DNA of 64,000 bases from an uncultured Bacilli bacterium (GCA_934177995.1 CAKPPW010000004.1:5113-69112); one strand, 5' to 3'; shown: positions 27,217-36,827, numbered from the stretch's first letter. The notes: generated by a model from the sequence alone, not told the origin. Program-made: numbers and translations.

Positions 27217-27459
27217 ATGGAAGAAGGGAAATCAATGAAGGGAAAACTAATGTTTGCTTCATCAATTGAATCACCAGAATCTATCTTATACAAATTGAAT
27301 GATAACAATTTTTTAAACATGTTTTTGTCTGATGAAGAAAGGGAAGAAGTAAAAAACTTCTTTAGATTGAAAATGAATGGTGTTACAAGAGAAAAATTAA
27401 TTAGACAAAAAAATTTATATTACGCAACAAACTCTTGTTGCCGTAAAAATAAGAAATGA
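27217..27459 (+). CDS. Possible small protein (80 aa)
   Basis: This is the 3' part of the track ORF 26992..27459 that does not overlap the previous gene. Its stop overlaps the next gene's ATG (ATGA). It could instead be a frameshifted continuation of 26100..27194. Confidence 0.3.
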   Translation: MEEGKSMKGKLMFASSIESPESILYKLNDNNFLNMFLSDEEREEVKNFFRLKMNGVTREKLIRQKNLYYATNSCCRKNKK

Positions 27460-28025
27460 GGTTAATTATGAAAAAAATAAAAAATGGTATTTGTTATGTT
27501 GAGAAGGAAGATATTCTAGCTATTAATGAATTAAGTGATAATGTTTTAGAAGAAATTAACTGGAAAGAATCATATTCTCCATCTTTAGAAATATTAAAGT
27601 TTAAAGATCCTGAATCTGTATTTTTTTTTCAACAGCAAGAATTTATTCTAGATCACGATACCGTCAAAGATTTATCGTTGGATGAATTAGGAACTTATTT
27701 AAAAGAATTGGCAAACAAAATGAAAAAAGTTGAAAAAGCTGAGTATAATTTCAAACAAGGGTACTATTTACAAAGCTTAATGGCTTATTTTAGTAAGAAA
27801 GATTTATATGATGATGCTTTTTCACTTCTTTCTTTTGCTAACTTAAAAAAAACTAAATTAAATTATTGTCCTTCGGTTGGAAAAACTGAACCGGTTAAGA
27901 CTATTCCCGTAAATATGAATGGTGCCGAAATATTTGAGTTGAATCGAAATATTAAGCAGAAATGTAAACAAAATGCGGCACGTTTGGGTATTTCAGAAGA
28001 AACAGCAAGCCATTATTACCGTTGA
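27456..28025 (+). CDS. Hypothetical protein (189 aa)
   Basis: ORF translationally coupled to the previous one. No motif recognised. Confidence 0.5.
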   Translation: MRLIMKKIKNGICYVEKEDILAINELSDNVLEEINWKESYSPSLEILKFKDPESVFFFQQQEFILDHDTVKDLSLDELGTYLKELANKMKKVEKAEYNFKQGYYLQSLMAYFSKKDLYDDAFSLLSFANLKKTKLNYCPSVGKTEPVKTIPVNMNGAEIFELNRNIKQKCKQNAARLGISEETASHYYR

Positions 28026-28120
28026 GATAGGTAGAGTCTTCTAATAAGACAATGATTTTGATATTAAAAAGGAAGTATAACTTTTATTATATTTCCTTTT
28101 CTTAATATTATGATTGTTAT

Positions 28121-30628
28121 TTAGTTGATTTTTTTAACATATTGTCCTTTTAAAGCGGTAGCTCCTTTTTTGTTTTGCTGTTCTAAGGTTAGATTCTTTG
28201 TAAAAGCAAAGTGGGCAAGTAGTTCTTTTCGGTTAGCTTCAATACCTTCTACCGTTACTAAATCACCAATCTTTAATATTACTTCATCATCTTTATTCTT
28301 AATATAATTTCTTGATCTAATAAATCTAATATTGTCACCTTGCTCGTATTCAAAATATCCAGGAATATGGGTAACTGTGTTTAGATAAGCTCTTTCATTA
28401 TCGATTCCTGTTATGGTTCCATAATATGTTTTTTCTTTATGACTATCAACATAATCCATCATTTTTACTTTAACAACTTCTTTTTCAAGTAAATCAGCTT
28501 GTTGCTCTTTAAATGAACAGTGTTCACATATTTCTACTAACTCATCTTCACTTTCAATTGATTTTTGATCATTAGTAAGATAAGAATCGATTATTTGTTG
28601 AACTTTTAAGTCAGGATATCTTCTAATAGGAGAGGTGAAATGAGAGTAGTAATTAAGTCCTAAACCAAAGTGACCTAAAGGATAAGGTGAATAAATAGCT
28701 CGTGGTAGGGCTTGTAACAATATCTCTGAGACAATGGGGTATTCACTACTATCTTTATACTCATCTAAAATAACTTGTAAATATTTAGAAATATCCATAT
28801 TATCAGCTTTGGGTAAATCAATACCAAGACTAGTAAGTTTATCTTTTGCTTGCTCTAATTTTTTAGGATCAGGGTTAGTATGAACTCTATGAATTGATCT
28901 ACCAATAGTGAAGTTAAGATATAAATCGGCACAATAATTAGCCATAATCATATAGTTTTCAATTATTTTACCAGCTTCACCATTATCCTTCTTTTCTATT
29001 CCCATAATATTTCCTTTATCATCCTCAATAATTGCTACTTCTTCTTCACTAAAAGTTAACATTCCTTCTCTTTCTCTAATAGCTGTTAGTTTATCGGATA
29101 GTTCTTTCATTAATTTTAAATTATCAGTATAAGGAAGATAGTCCTCATCTATTTCTTCATCATCTAAAATTTTATTAACCTTGGAGTAGGCCATTTTCTT
29201 TCTAGAAGTGATGCAAGAATTTACTAGGTTATAATTAATTAGCTCACCATTTTCATCGAGTTCCATAATGATACTTTTAGTAAGCCTTTTGGTATTAGGG
29301 TTAAGTGAGCAAATACCATTTGATAAAATGTGGGGTAGAGCAGGGATAACGGTATTAGCAGGATATGTTGATAAGCCACGGTCGTATGCTTCCTTATCAA
29401 GAGCAGTTCCTCTTTTTACATAATGAGCAACATCGGCTATATGTACTCCTAAGATATAGTGACCATTTTCATCTTTAGTTAAACTAACAGCATCATCCAT
29501 GTCTTTTGTTTCATCACAATCAATTGTAAAAGTAAGAAGACTATCACTGAAGTCATAACGATTAGCAAGTTCACTTTTTAAAACAACTTGGGGAAGATTA
29601 TTTGCTTCTTCCATAGCTTCATGAGAAAAATTAATATCAAAACCATATTTAGCAGCGATAGAAATAATATCGGTATTAGGATCATCAATTCTACCGAGTT
29701 TATCAATAAAATCAGCTTCATAGTATTCATCGGTTTTAGTTAATGATACATCAGCTAAGATTCTGTCCCCTGGAGCAAGAGATTTCATATCTTTAGAAGA
29801 AATACGTACATTTATCTTTTCCTTAGAAGGAAGTAATACTGGCTCTAATTGTTTAACTCCATCTATTTCTACAACCTCTAAAACTACATGACTCATTTTT
29901 CTAGAAATAATTTTCTCAATATGTTTACTCTTTCTAGTAACAGCTAGAATATCTTGTTGCATAGCACCTTTTAATTCATCACCTTCAGGATAAATCTTTT
30001 TATCACCAATTTTAAAGAATGGTTTTCCTTTACCGTCTAATTCTAATTTAGTTAGAGTAAGACCTTTAGGCCACTTCTTATATGAATTTTTATCATGAAA
30101 AATTTTACCCGTTTTTTCAAGCTCTGTTAGAGCAATATGTAACTCTTCAATAGACTTAGCATTTCTTGCTACAGCCATTCTTTTTATTTGGCGATAAGTT
30201 AATTCTTCTTTATCAAGTTTTCTTATTAAGTAATCTATAAAAGAAGTTATATCTCTTTGAACCACTTTAGTAATAATTGGATGTTCTTTATCGGTTAAAT
30301 TAACAACTACTAAGTCTTTATCAAGAATGGTGTCACACTTAACCATTTCACCAGTGATTTTTATTTTATCATCTATAAGTATTAGACCATCATCACTTTT
30401 GGCAACGTGTTCTAGTTTATGAGTATCTTTGGGAAAACTTTTATAGATGTATTTTTTAGGATTATAGACATCTTCTTCTATTTGAAGAGAATATAAAGCC
30501 TCTAAGAAATTACTTCTTTCTTGATAACTTTTAATATTCATTCTCGAATATAATTCCTTAAAACTAATGGTATTTTCTTTTTCTAACTCACTCATTATCT
30601 TTTTTTTAAAATCATCGATCTTTTGCAT
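28121..30628 (-). CDS. rnr: Ribonuclease R (RNB-family 3'-5' exoribonuclease with a C-terminal S1 domain)
   Basis: RNB motifs DCDETKDMDDAVS and HFGLGLNYYSHFTSPIRRYPDL. 835 aa. Confidence 0.9.
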   Translation of the reverse strand: MQKIDDFKKKIMSELEKENTISFKELYSRMNIKSYQERSNFLEALYSLQIEEDVYNPKKYIYKSFPKDTHKLEHVAKSDDGLILIDDKIKITGEMVKCDTILDKDLVVVNLTDKEHPIITKVVQRDITSFIDYLIRKLDKEELTYRQIKRMAVARNAKSIEELHIALTELEKTGKIFHDKNSYKKWPKGLTLTKLELDGKGKPFFKIGDKKIYPEGDELKGAMQQDILAVTRKSKHIEKIISRKMSHVVLEVVEIDGVKQLEPVLLPSKEKINVRISSKDMKSLAPGDRILADVSLTKTDEYYEADFIDKLGRIDDPNTDIISIAAKYGFDINFSHEAMEEANNLPQVVLKSELANRYDFSDSLLTFTIDCDETKDMDDAVSLTKDENGHYILGVHIADVAHYVKRGTALDKEAYDRGLSTYPANTVIPALPHILSNGICSLNPNTKRLTKSIIMELDENGELINYNLVNSCITSRKKMAYSKVNKILDDEEIDEDYLPYTDNLKLMKELSDKLTAIREREGMLTFSEEEVAIIEDDKGNIMGIEKKDNGEAGKIIENYMIMANYCADLYLNFTIGRSIHRVHTNPDPKKLEQAKDKLTSLGIDLPKADNMDISKYLQVILDEYKDSSEYPIVSEILLQALPRAIYSPYPLGHFGLGLNYYSHFTSPIRRYPDLKVQQIIDSYLTNDQKSIESEDELVEICEHCSFKEQQADLLEKEVVKVKMMDYVDSHKEKTYYGTITGIDNERAYLNTVTHIPGYFEYEQGDNIRFIRSRNYIKNKDDEVILKIGDLVTVEGIEANRKELLAHFAFTKNLTLEQQNKKGATALKGQYVKKIN

Positions 30629-30781
30629 ACTACTTACTCCTCCTAATAAAAAATGGCGTAGAAAATCCTACGTCATTTGAAAACAAAAAGATGTTAATAC
30701 AAGTAATTTTATAATTACACCCATATTAACACCTCCCTTAAATAAACTATACCACAAAATACTCTTAATAGAAAAGCATTT

Positions 30782-32566
30782 TTACTCAACAGTAACAGAT
30801 TTTGCTAAATTTCTTGGTTTATCAATATCTCTTTCTAGAAATGCTCCTGCATAATAAGAGATTAATTGTAGGGGAATTACTTCTAGTATAGGGCTTATGA
30901 AACTACTTCTTTCTGGTATTACAATAGTGTTAGAATTAGCTTCACCCTTATTAGTTACTAAGATGATATTAGCTCCTCTTGCTACTACTTCACTTAAATT
31001 GCTTTCTGTCTTTTCATATAACAGTTTATTAGTATTACCAGCTATTACTAGTGTATCTTTATCAATTAGAGAAATAGGGCCGTGTTTTAATTCACCAGCA
31101 GCATAACACTCAGATGATAGATAAGTTATTTCTTTTAATTTTAAATCTCCTTCTCTCATAATTGCATAGTCAAGACCTCTTCCTAAGAAGAATATCTTTT
31201 TACTATTAACGATTTCTTTAGCAACAGATTTGTATTTATCTTTATCTTCTAATACTTTAATTACATCATCTTTAATATTTTTTAGTTCATTAATTATCTT
31301 ACCCATATCATAAGACTTATTATGTTTTGCTAAACTAGATAGGGTAAGTAGTGTTAAAATTGCTATTTGCGATGTATATGCTTTAGTAGTAGCTACTGCT
31401 ATTTCACTACCTGATTTAGTATAAATAACTTCATCTACTAATAGACTAATACTACTGTTTTCAACATTTATTATTCCTAAAGATTTAGCTTTAGTTTCTT
31501 TAATTTTCTTAAGACAAGCAAGTGTATCAGCTGTTTCTCCTGATTGAGAAATAAATATTACTAAGCTATTTTCATCAAGAAAGTTTTTCTTATAACGATA
31601 CTCACTAGCAAGGTATACCTGTGTTTCAACATTTGCTTCCTCTTCAAATAAATATTTACCAACTAATCCGGCATGATAAGCTGATCCACAAGCTACTATA
31701 TCAATTCTTTTATATTTATTAATATCAACTAAATCTAGATATTTATTATCTTCTAAGTAATAATTTATTAAATTACTTAGAGTATCTTTTTGTTCCATTA
31801 TTTCTTTTAACATAAAGTGATCATACTTATCTTTTGAATAAGTGAAGTTACCATCTTTAAACGTTTGTTTTTCTTTAATTAATTCTTTTCCTTTATTACT
31901 ATAGAAAGTTATTTTATCACTACTAATTGAAGCCCATTCTAAATCATTTAATAAATAATAGTCGCTACATTCACTTAAGATAGTTGGAATATCACTGGCA
32001 ATAAAGATAGTATCAGTATTTACTCCAATAACTAAAGGACTATCTTTCTTTATGACAAATATCTTATCTTTAATATCTTTACATAATAATACAATAGCAT
32101 AGCTTCCTTTTACTTTATCCATAAAATTAATGATAGCTTTATTTATGTCTTTATTTTCTTGATAATAAAAATCTATTAAAGCACAAGCAATCTCTGTATC
32201 AGTTGTTGATTTAAACTTATATCCTTTACTACTTAACATATCTTTTAACTCTAGATAATTTTCAATAATACCGTTATGTACTATAGTAATATCGCCCACT
32301 GTATGAGGGTGAGCATTAATAGTAGAAGCTACCCCATGGGTTGCCCATCTAGTATGTCCAATAGCAATATCTGATTTAGTATCAGTATCTATTAGTTCTT
32401 TTAAGTCTTTAACTCTTCCTTTCGTCTTTATAGTTTCTATTTTATTAGCAGTAAGATAAGCAATACCACAAGAATCATATCCACGGTATTCAAGTTTCTC
32501 TAATCCTTCAATAACTTTCTTAATAGCCTTACCTTTCTTATTTATAATTCCCATTATTCCACACAT
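30782..32566 (-). CDS. glmS: Glutamine--fructose-6-phosphate aminotransferase
   Basis: N-terminal MCGI(M)GI catalytic Cys, two SIS domains, C-terminal NLAKSVTVE. Confidence 0.95.
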   Translation of the reverse strand: MCGIMGIINKKGKAIKKVIEGLEKLEYRGYDSCGIAYLTANKIETIKTKGRVKDLKELIDTDTKSDIAIGHTRWATHGVASTINAHPHTVGDITIVHNGIIENYLELKDMLSSKGYKFKSTTDTEIACALIDFYYQENKDINKAIINFMDKVKGSYAIVLLCKDIKDKIFVIKKDSPLVIGVNTDTIFIASDIPTILSECSDYYLLNDLEWASISSDKITFYSNKGKELIKEKQTFKDGNFTYSKDKYDHFMLKEIMEQKDTLSNLINYYLEDNKYLDLVDINKYKRIDIVACGSAYHAGLVGKYLFEEEANVETQVYLASEYRYKKNFLDENSLVIFISQSGETADTLACLKKIKETKAKSLGIINVENSSISLLVDEVIYTKSGSEIAVATTKAYTSQIAILTLLTLSSLAKHNKSYDMGKIINELKNIKDDVIKVLEDKDKYKSVAKEIVNSKKIFFLGRGLDYAIMREGDLKLKEITYLSSECYAAGELKHGPISLIDKDTLVIAGNTNKLLYEKTESNLSEVVARGANIILVTNKGEANSNTIVIPERSSFISPILEVIPLQLISYYAGAFLERDIDKPRNLAKSVTVE

Positions 32567-32589
32567 ATTTATACCTACTTTCTAATATC

Positions 32590-32618
32590 ATTTTATGAAT
32601 CTCGTTGATACTTGTCAA
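32590..32618 (-). promoter_or_regulatory. Sigma-A type promoter of glmS
   Basis: The reverse strand reads TTGACA - 17 nt - TAAAAT, about 23 nt upstream of the glmS ATG. Confidence 0.55.
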
Positions 32619-32633
32619 ATTATTAGACAATAA

Positions 32634-32662
32634 TTTACATCTTTTTAGGAATATGTTAAAAT
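32634..32662 (+). promoter_or_regulatory. Sigma-A type promoter of tRNA-Arg(CCG), divergent from the glmS promoter
   Basis: TTTACA - 17 nt - TAAAAT, ending 8 nt before the tRNA 5' end. Confidence 0.5.
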
Positions 32663-32670
32663 TGAGTCAT

Positions 32671-32747
32671 GTTCATGTAGCTCAGCTGGATAGAGCATTT
32701 CCCTCCGAAGGAAAAGGTCGTGGGTTCGACTCCCATCATGAACACCA
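32671..32747 (+). tRNA. tRNA-Arg (anticodon CCG)
   Basis: Hand-folded: acceptor GTTCATG/CATGAAC, anticodon stem TTTCC/GGAAA with loop CTCCGAA, T loop TTCGACT, encoded CCA. Confidence 0.9.
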
Positions 32748-32796
32748 TATTATTAATAAATGGTTAATTTAAAAAATGATTTTAGGTGGTTATATA

Positions 32797-33720
32797 ATGA
32801 ATGATGATTTAAAACAAGCACTACATACTGCTAAAGCAAGATGTGAAGGTAATATTATTATTGATGATGCTAGCATAAATGGTTTCGAAAAGATTTATCC
32901 TTTTACTACAGAAAATATAACTGGTTATATAGACTTTTTTGATTTAAAAGATAAATCCTTATTAACAGTCGGTTCGTCTGGAGATCAAGTAATTAACGCA
33001 GCCTTAAAAGGTGTTAAGGAAGTTACTTTATTAGATATTAATCCTTACACTAAATATTACTTTTATTTAAAACAAGCAGGAATTTTAGAACTCAATTTAG
33101 CACAATTCAATGATTTTTTTAGATATAATGACTATCCTAAATTTAAATACAATAAAAAAGTAAAAGTATTTAATAATGATTCATACAAAAAACTTAAAAG
33201 TACATTACAATTATTAGATAATGATGCTTATCTTTTCTGGGATGAATTGTTTGATATGTATTCCCCAAGATGTATAAGATTTTTCTTATTTAGTAAAGAT
33301 GAAAATCCTTATTCTGTTTTAAGCAAAAGTAGTTTATATCTTCGAGATGAAAATAATTATAATGAAACAAAAACTAAAATAAAGAATCTGAGACCAGAGT
33401 TTATAAATGAGGATATTTTAGATGTTAACCTTGCTAAAAATTATGACAATATCTGGCTTTCTAATATTGCTTGTTATCTACATCGAAATGAACTTAAAAA
33501 GGTAACTGATAATTTTGCTCAAAACTTAAATGATGATGGGCAACTTTTAATAAGCTACTTATATAGAAACTGTAGGTATACTCACCATAATTTAAAAGCT
33601 AATTTAGAATTACTCAAAGAATATTCTCTTGCTTCCTATTATTTTGAGGGGATAGATGGAATAAAATCCTATGATGATACTAAAGATGCAGTTCTTGTTT
33701 ACCAGAAAAAAAGAAAGTAG
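32797..33720 (+). CDS. DUF3419-like protein (BtaA-type SAM-binding fold)
   Basis: SLLTVGSSGDQVINAALKGVKEVTLLDINPYTKYYFYLKQAGILELNLAQFNDFF follows the DUF3419 pattern (vL.I.SsGdN.l.yl......V.avDlNp.Q..l..LK.aa...L....F..fF). ATG 32797 (AGGTGG upstream) is preferred. Confidence 0.55.
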   Translation: MNDDLKQALHTAKARCEGNIIIDDASINGFEKIYPFTTENITGYIDFFDLKDKSLLTVGSSGDQVINAALKGVKEVTLLDINPYTKYYFYLKQAGILELNLAQFNDFFRYNDYPKFKYNKKVKVFNNDSYKKLKSTLQLLDNDAYLFWDELFDMYSPRCIRFFLFSKDENPYSVLSKSSLYLRDENNYNETKTKIKNLRPEFINEDILDVNLAKNYDNIWLSNIACYLHRNELKKVTDNFAQNLNDDGQLLISYLYRNCRYTHHNLKANLELLKEYSLASYYFEGIDGIKSYDDTKDAVLVYQKKRK

Positions 33721-33733
33721 ATGGTGAATAACG

Positions 33734-34213
33734 ATGAATTTATTAGAAGATAAATATATAATAGTAGAAATTATTCCCACTAGTAGTGATAGTAAGAAAG
33801 GTATTATTGCCCAACTATCCGCTTTAAAACTGAAGGGAATAAAACTTATTGATAGATTTGATTACCGTGTTAACGATAAGTTAGTTGATAATAAGGATTT
33901 GTTGGAAATTATAAGTTATGATAAAGATAATTTTATTTATACAGGTGATCCTAGTTTCATATTATCTGAATTTAAAAAGTGGAGTGGTAACTTACCAATT
34001 CTACTTATTGAAAGTGATTATACTAAAGGGTATTTAGCTAGTCTTAATAATAAGATGGAACTAGTTTATCCTTACTTAGGATTAGAATATAATTATGATG
34101 TATTTAATAGTATTATGAATAAATATCAAATAGAAGCTAGTAACTATTTAGTGGATATTATCTATGAAGCAATTATTTTAGAAAGTAATAATAAAAAGGT
34201 GAATAATGAATAG
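33734..34213 (+). CDS. Hypothetical protein (159 aa)
   Basis: ORF that overlaps the mtnN start by 8 nt. No motif recognised. Confidence 0.5.
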   Translation: MNLLEDKYIIVEIIPTSSDSKKGIIAQLSALKLKGIKLIDRFDYRVNDKLVDNKDLLEIISYDKDNFIYTGDPSFILSEFKKWSGNLPILLIESDYTKGYLASLNNKMELVYPYLGLEYNYDVFNSIMNKYQIEASNYLVDIIYEAIILESNNKKVNNE

Positions 34214-34913
34214 AGTAGGGTTAATATTTGCAATGAAGGAAGAACTTGATGAGGTTTTAAAACAAGTAGAAATAGAAGAAGAGTTTACTGTATTTAATCT
34301 TACCTTTTATAAAGTGGTTATCAAAGATATAACTTGTATCCTAGTGGAATGTGGAGTTGGTAAAGTTAATGCAGCAAGATGCAGTCAAATTATGATTGAT
34401 GTCATGAAGACTGATGCTATCATTAATGTAGGAGTAGCAGGTGGAGTTGACTCTTCTTTAAATGTTTGTGATATTGTAATAGGCGAAAAATTAGTTCAAC
34501 ATGACTTTGATATAACGGCCTTTGATCATGTGAAGGGTTATATTCCTAATGTTGGTGTCTATCTTAATAGTGATGAGTATCTTTTAAGAATAGCTAATGA
34601 GGCTTCTAATGAGTTTACTGATATAGCGTTTCATAATGGTGTAATTGCTAGTGGTGATATATTTTGTACTAGTGATAAAATGAGTCAAAAAATTAATCAA
34701 AAGTTTAAAGCTTTGTGTGTCGATATGGAAGGGGCTAGTATTGCTCAAGTGGCTTATTTAAGTGGTATTCCTTTTTTGGTGGTTAGAAGTATATCTGATA
34801 TTCCTAATAACAATAATAGAATTACTTATGAAGAATTTCTAGAAAGTAGTTCTAAATTAGTAGCTAAGTTTTTAATTAGTATGTTAGAGAAAATTAGTAT
34901 TTCTAGAATATAA
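34206..34913 (+). CDS. mtnN: 5'-methylthioadenosine/S-adenosylhomocysteine nucleosidase
   Basis: Contains GLIFAMKEE, ECGVGKVNAA, DMEGASIAQVA and VVRSISD, matching the PNP_UDP_1 / Pfs family. Confidence 0.85.
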   Translation: MNRVGLIFAMKEELDEVLKQVEIEEEFTVFNLTFYKVVIKDITCILVECGVGKVNAARCSQIMIDVMKTDAIINVGVAGGVDSSLNVCDIVIGEKLVQHDFDITAFDHVKGYIPNVGVYLNSDEYLLRIANEASNEFTDIAFHNGVIASGDIFCTSDKMSQKINQKFKALCVDMEGASIAQVAYLSGIPFLVVRSISDIPNNNNRITYEEFLESSSKLVAKFLISMLEKISISRI

Positions 34914-34924
34914 AAACATCTAAA

Positions 34925-35572
34925 TTAGGGTAGATGTTTTTTAACTTTAATCTTATTTTTAAGAGCATAATTAGAAACACTTCTAAAGTTTTCATCATAT
35001 GGGTATGTTTCTTGTCCAAACTTTAACCACATTTCTGAAAAAGATTCACCATTATTTAATAGCTCTTTAACTCTTTCATTATTAATAACCTCATTATTTG
35101 GTTGATTGTTAAGATCTATACAATTTTCTTCATCATATAACTTGCTTTGTAAATCACACTCTAATTTATCACATTGATAAGCGAAGATAGCTTCTTTTGT
35201 TTCTTTGGCATCAAACTCTAAAAATAACTCTTCTAGTTTTTCCCCATCAATTAATCCATCTAGGATAGTATGAACAGCTTTATGTTCAATTATCTCTTTA
35301 CTTTTACTATCAATTTCAAACTGGGTTAAATCACCAATTACTGTTTCACCAAGTTCATGAATAGCAAGCATTAAAATAACTTTTTCTAGATTTACATCAT
35401 ACTGGTACTCACTTTTCATAGCAATAGCAAGCATTTGAACACCATAAATATGTTCAGCAATACTTTCAAGTCTTTTCCTTTTTAGATTCCAAACTTTCCA
35501 ACCACTCCTAACAACATCTTTTAGTTTATTGCAAAGAACATAATAGTTAATTACTTTTTCTTCTTTTGACAT
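34925..35572 (-). CDS. HD-domain phosphohydrolase (YfbR-like 5'-deoxynucleotidase family)
   Basis: Contains ESIAEHIYGVQMLA and LAIHELGETVIGD (the H...HD metal-binding motif). Confidence 0.7.
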   Translation of the reverse strand: MSKEEKVINYYVLCNKLKDVVRSGWKVWNLKRKRLESIAEHIYGVQMLAIAMKSEYQYDVNLEKVILMLAIHELGETVIGDLTQFEIDSKSKEIIEHKAVHTILDGLIDGEKLEELFLEFDAKETKEAIFAYQCDKLECDLQSKLYDEENCIDLNNQPNNEVINNERVKELLNNGESFSEMWLKFGQETYPYDENFRSVSNYALKNKIKVKKHLP

Positions 35573-35663
35573 AATGTTTTCCTTTCTATAATTTATTATA
35601 ATAATGATTATAAATTTTACAATATTTTATGATAATAGTAGAAGATATATTTCTAATGATAAA

Positions 35664-35691
35664 TAAAAATCACTATCTAGAGTGATTCTTA
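35664..35691 (-). terminator. Intrinsic terminator downstream of 35814..36212
   Basis: The reverse strand reads ATCACT-ctagat-AGTGAT followed by TTTTT. Confidence 0.45.
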
Positions 35692-35813
35692 GTATCGCCA
35701 CTAAGGAGTTTTGCAACCATTATTAGCCATGTGTTGTTTTATAGGACAATTAACTATTACAAAGTTGCTTTTAAATGAAAGGCCATTATTTAATGCTATT
35801 TTACAGTTGGTCT

Positions 35814-36212
35814 TTAAGATGAATGATTTGTTACTTTTTTTTTAACACTAAAAGTAATCGTTGTTTTACTATTTGCTTGTACCTCATCTGGTTTGATAGT
35901 TAAAGTACCATTGTTATAAGTATATTGTAATTCAGTAGCACTAGTATTATTTATTGTTACACTACCATCTACAAAGTCAACTAAAGTAGTATTTAAAATA
36001 TCAGTTACTACTGGATTTTGGTAACTAGTATTTGTATCATTATTGATTTCAATGGTGTAGGTTAATATTCCATCTATCCAATTAGTTTTATCAGCACTTT
36101 TAACTAAAGTTAAACCATCAACTATGTTAACTATTGAGGTATTAGATGTTAGTGATGTTGGAACACTATTATAAGTACCAGTTGATGTTACTTGATTAGA
36201 TAATTCATTCAT
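35814..36212 (-). CDS. Small DUF11-like (conserved repeat domain, Ig-like fold) protein without a signal peptide
   Basis: LTLVKSADKTNWIDGILTYTIEINNDTNTSYQNPVVTDIL...VDGSVTIN...TITFSVKKK resembles the DUF11 repeat. The start is set at MNELSNQ (AGGAGG upstream). Confidence 0.45.
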   Translation of the reverse strand: MNELSNQVTSTGTYNSVPTSLTSNTSIVNIVDGLTLVKSADKTNWIDGILTYTIEINNDTNTSYQNPVVTDILNTTLVDFVDGSVTINNTSATELQYTYNNGTLTIKPDEVQANSKTTITFSVKKKVTNHSS

Positions 36213-36256
36213 GAAAATTCCTCCTATCAATATATATGATTTTAAATCATTAAATA

Positions 36257-36676
36257 TTATTTTTTTATTTTAACTTTATCTTTGATTGGTAGGAGGGAGG
36301 CTATATCATTATTGTTTATAGATACTAATTTAGTAAGAGTCTTTTCTTGTTCTATAGTTACAGTATTTGGAACTTTAATTATAGCAAGCCTTTTATTTAT
36401 GTAAGCTTCATATATAGCATATCCTAAGTAATCAACTAATATATCCTTATAATTATAAACTCCTTGTCTAAATTGGTATAATTCTCTTCCCTCTAAAATA
36501 CTATTTATATCAATATTATAAAACTCTTCCATAAAGGCTTTAATACTATTTTCAGAAAATGTATTTCTATCTACTGGGAAAAAAGATATAAAACCTCCAG
36601 CTTTGTTTATTATACCTTGTCTATTAATAGGTAGATTAGGGTAAGAATAAATTTTTAAATTTTTCAAGCATATCAC
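36257..36676 (-). CDS. Hypothetical protein (139 aa)
   Basis: ORF only. No motif recognised. Confidence 0.4.
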   Translation of the reverse strand: MICLKNLKIYSYPNLPINRQGIINKAGGFISFFPVDRNTFSENSIKAFMEEFYNIDINSILEGRELYQFRQGVYNYKDILVDYLGYAIYEAYINKRLAIIKVPNTVTIEQEKTLTKLVSINNNDIASLLPIKDKVKIKK

Positions 36677-36753
36677 CTTAATAAATAATATGACAAAAAT
36701 CTTAAAAGTTTCTTGCTAATTAAATAATTTATATGTTAAAATTTAAGTGTACT

Positions 36754-36827
36754 GCCGGTATAGTTTAGTGGTAAAACAGATCCTTGGTAAGGATCAGCGG
36801 TAAGTTCAATTCTTACTTCCGGCACCA
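36754..36827 (+). tRNA. tRNA-Thr (anticodon GGT)
   Basis: Hand-folded: acceptor GCCGGTA/TTCCGGC (one T-T mismatch), anticodon stem GATCC/GGATC with loop TTGGTAA, T loop TTCAATT, 4-nt variable loop, encoded CCA. Upstream promoter TTGCTA-18-TAAAAT with TGn. A hairpin plus T7 run follows downstream. Confidence 0.8.

Noticed and set aside
33734-34213. The 159-aa protein considered as a degenerate DnaQ-like 3'-5' exonuclease (IIVEIIPTSSDS..GIIAQLSALKL vaguely resembles the Exo I region)
   Set aside because: The DxE catalytic pair is absent and no Exo II or Exo III motifs could be found by eye. The resemblance is too weak to report as a call.
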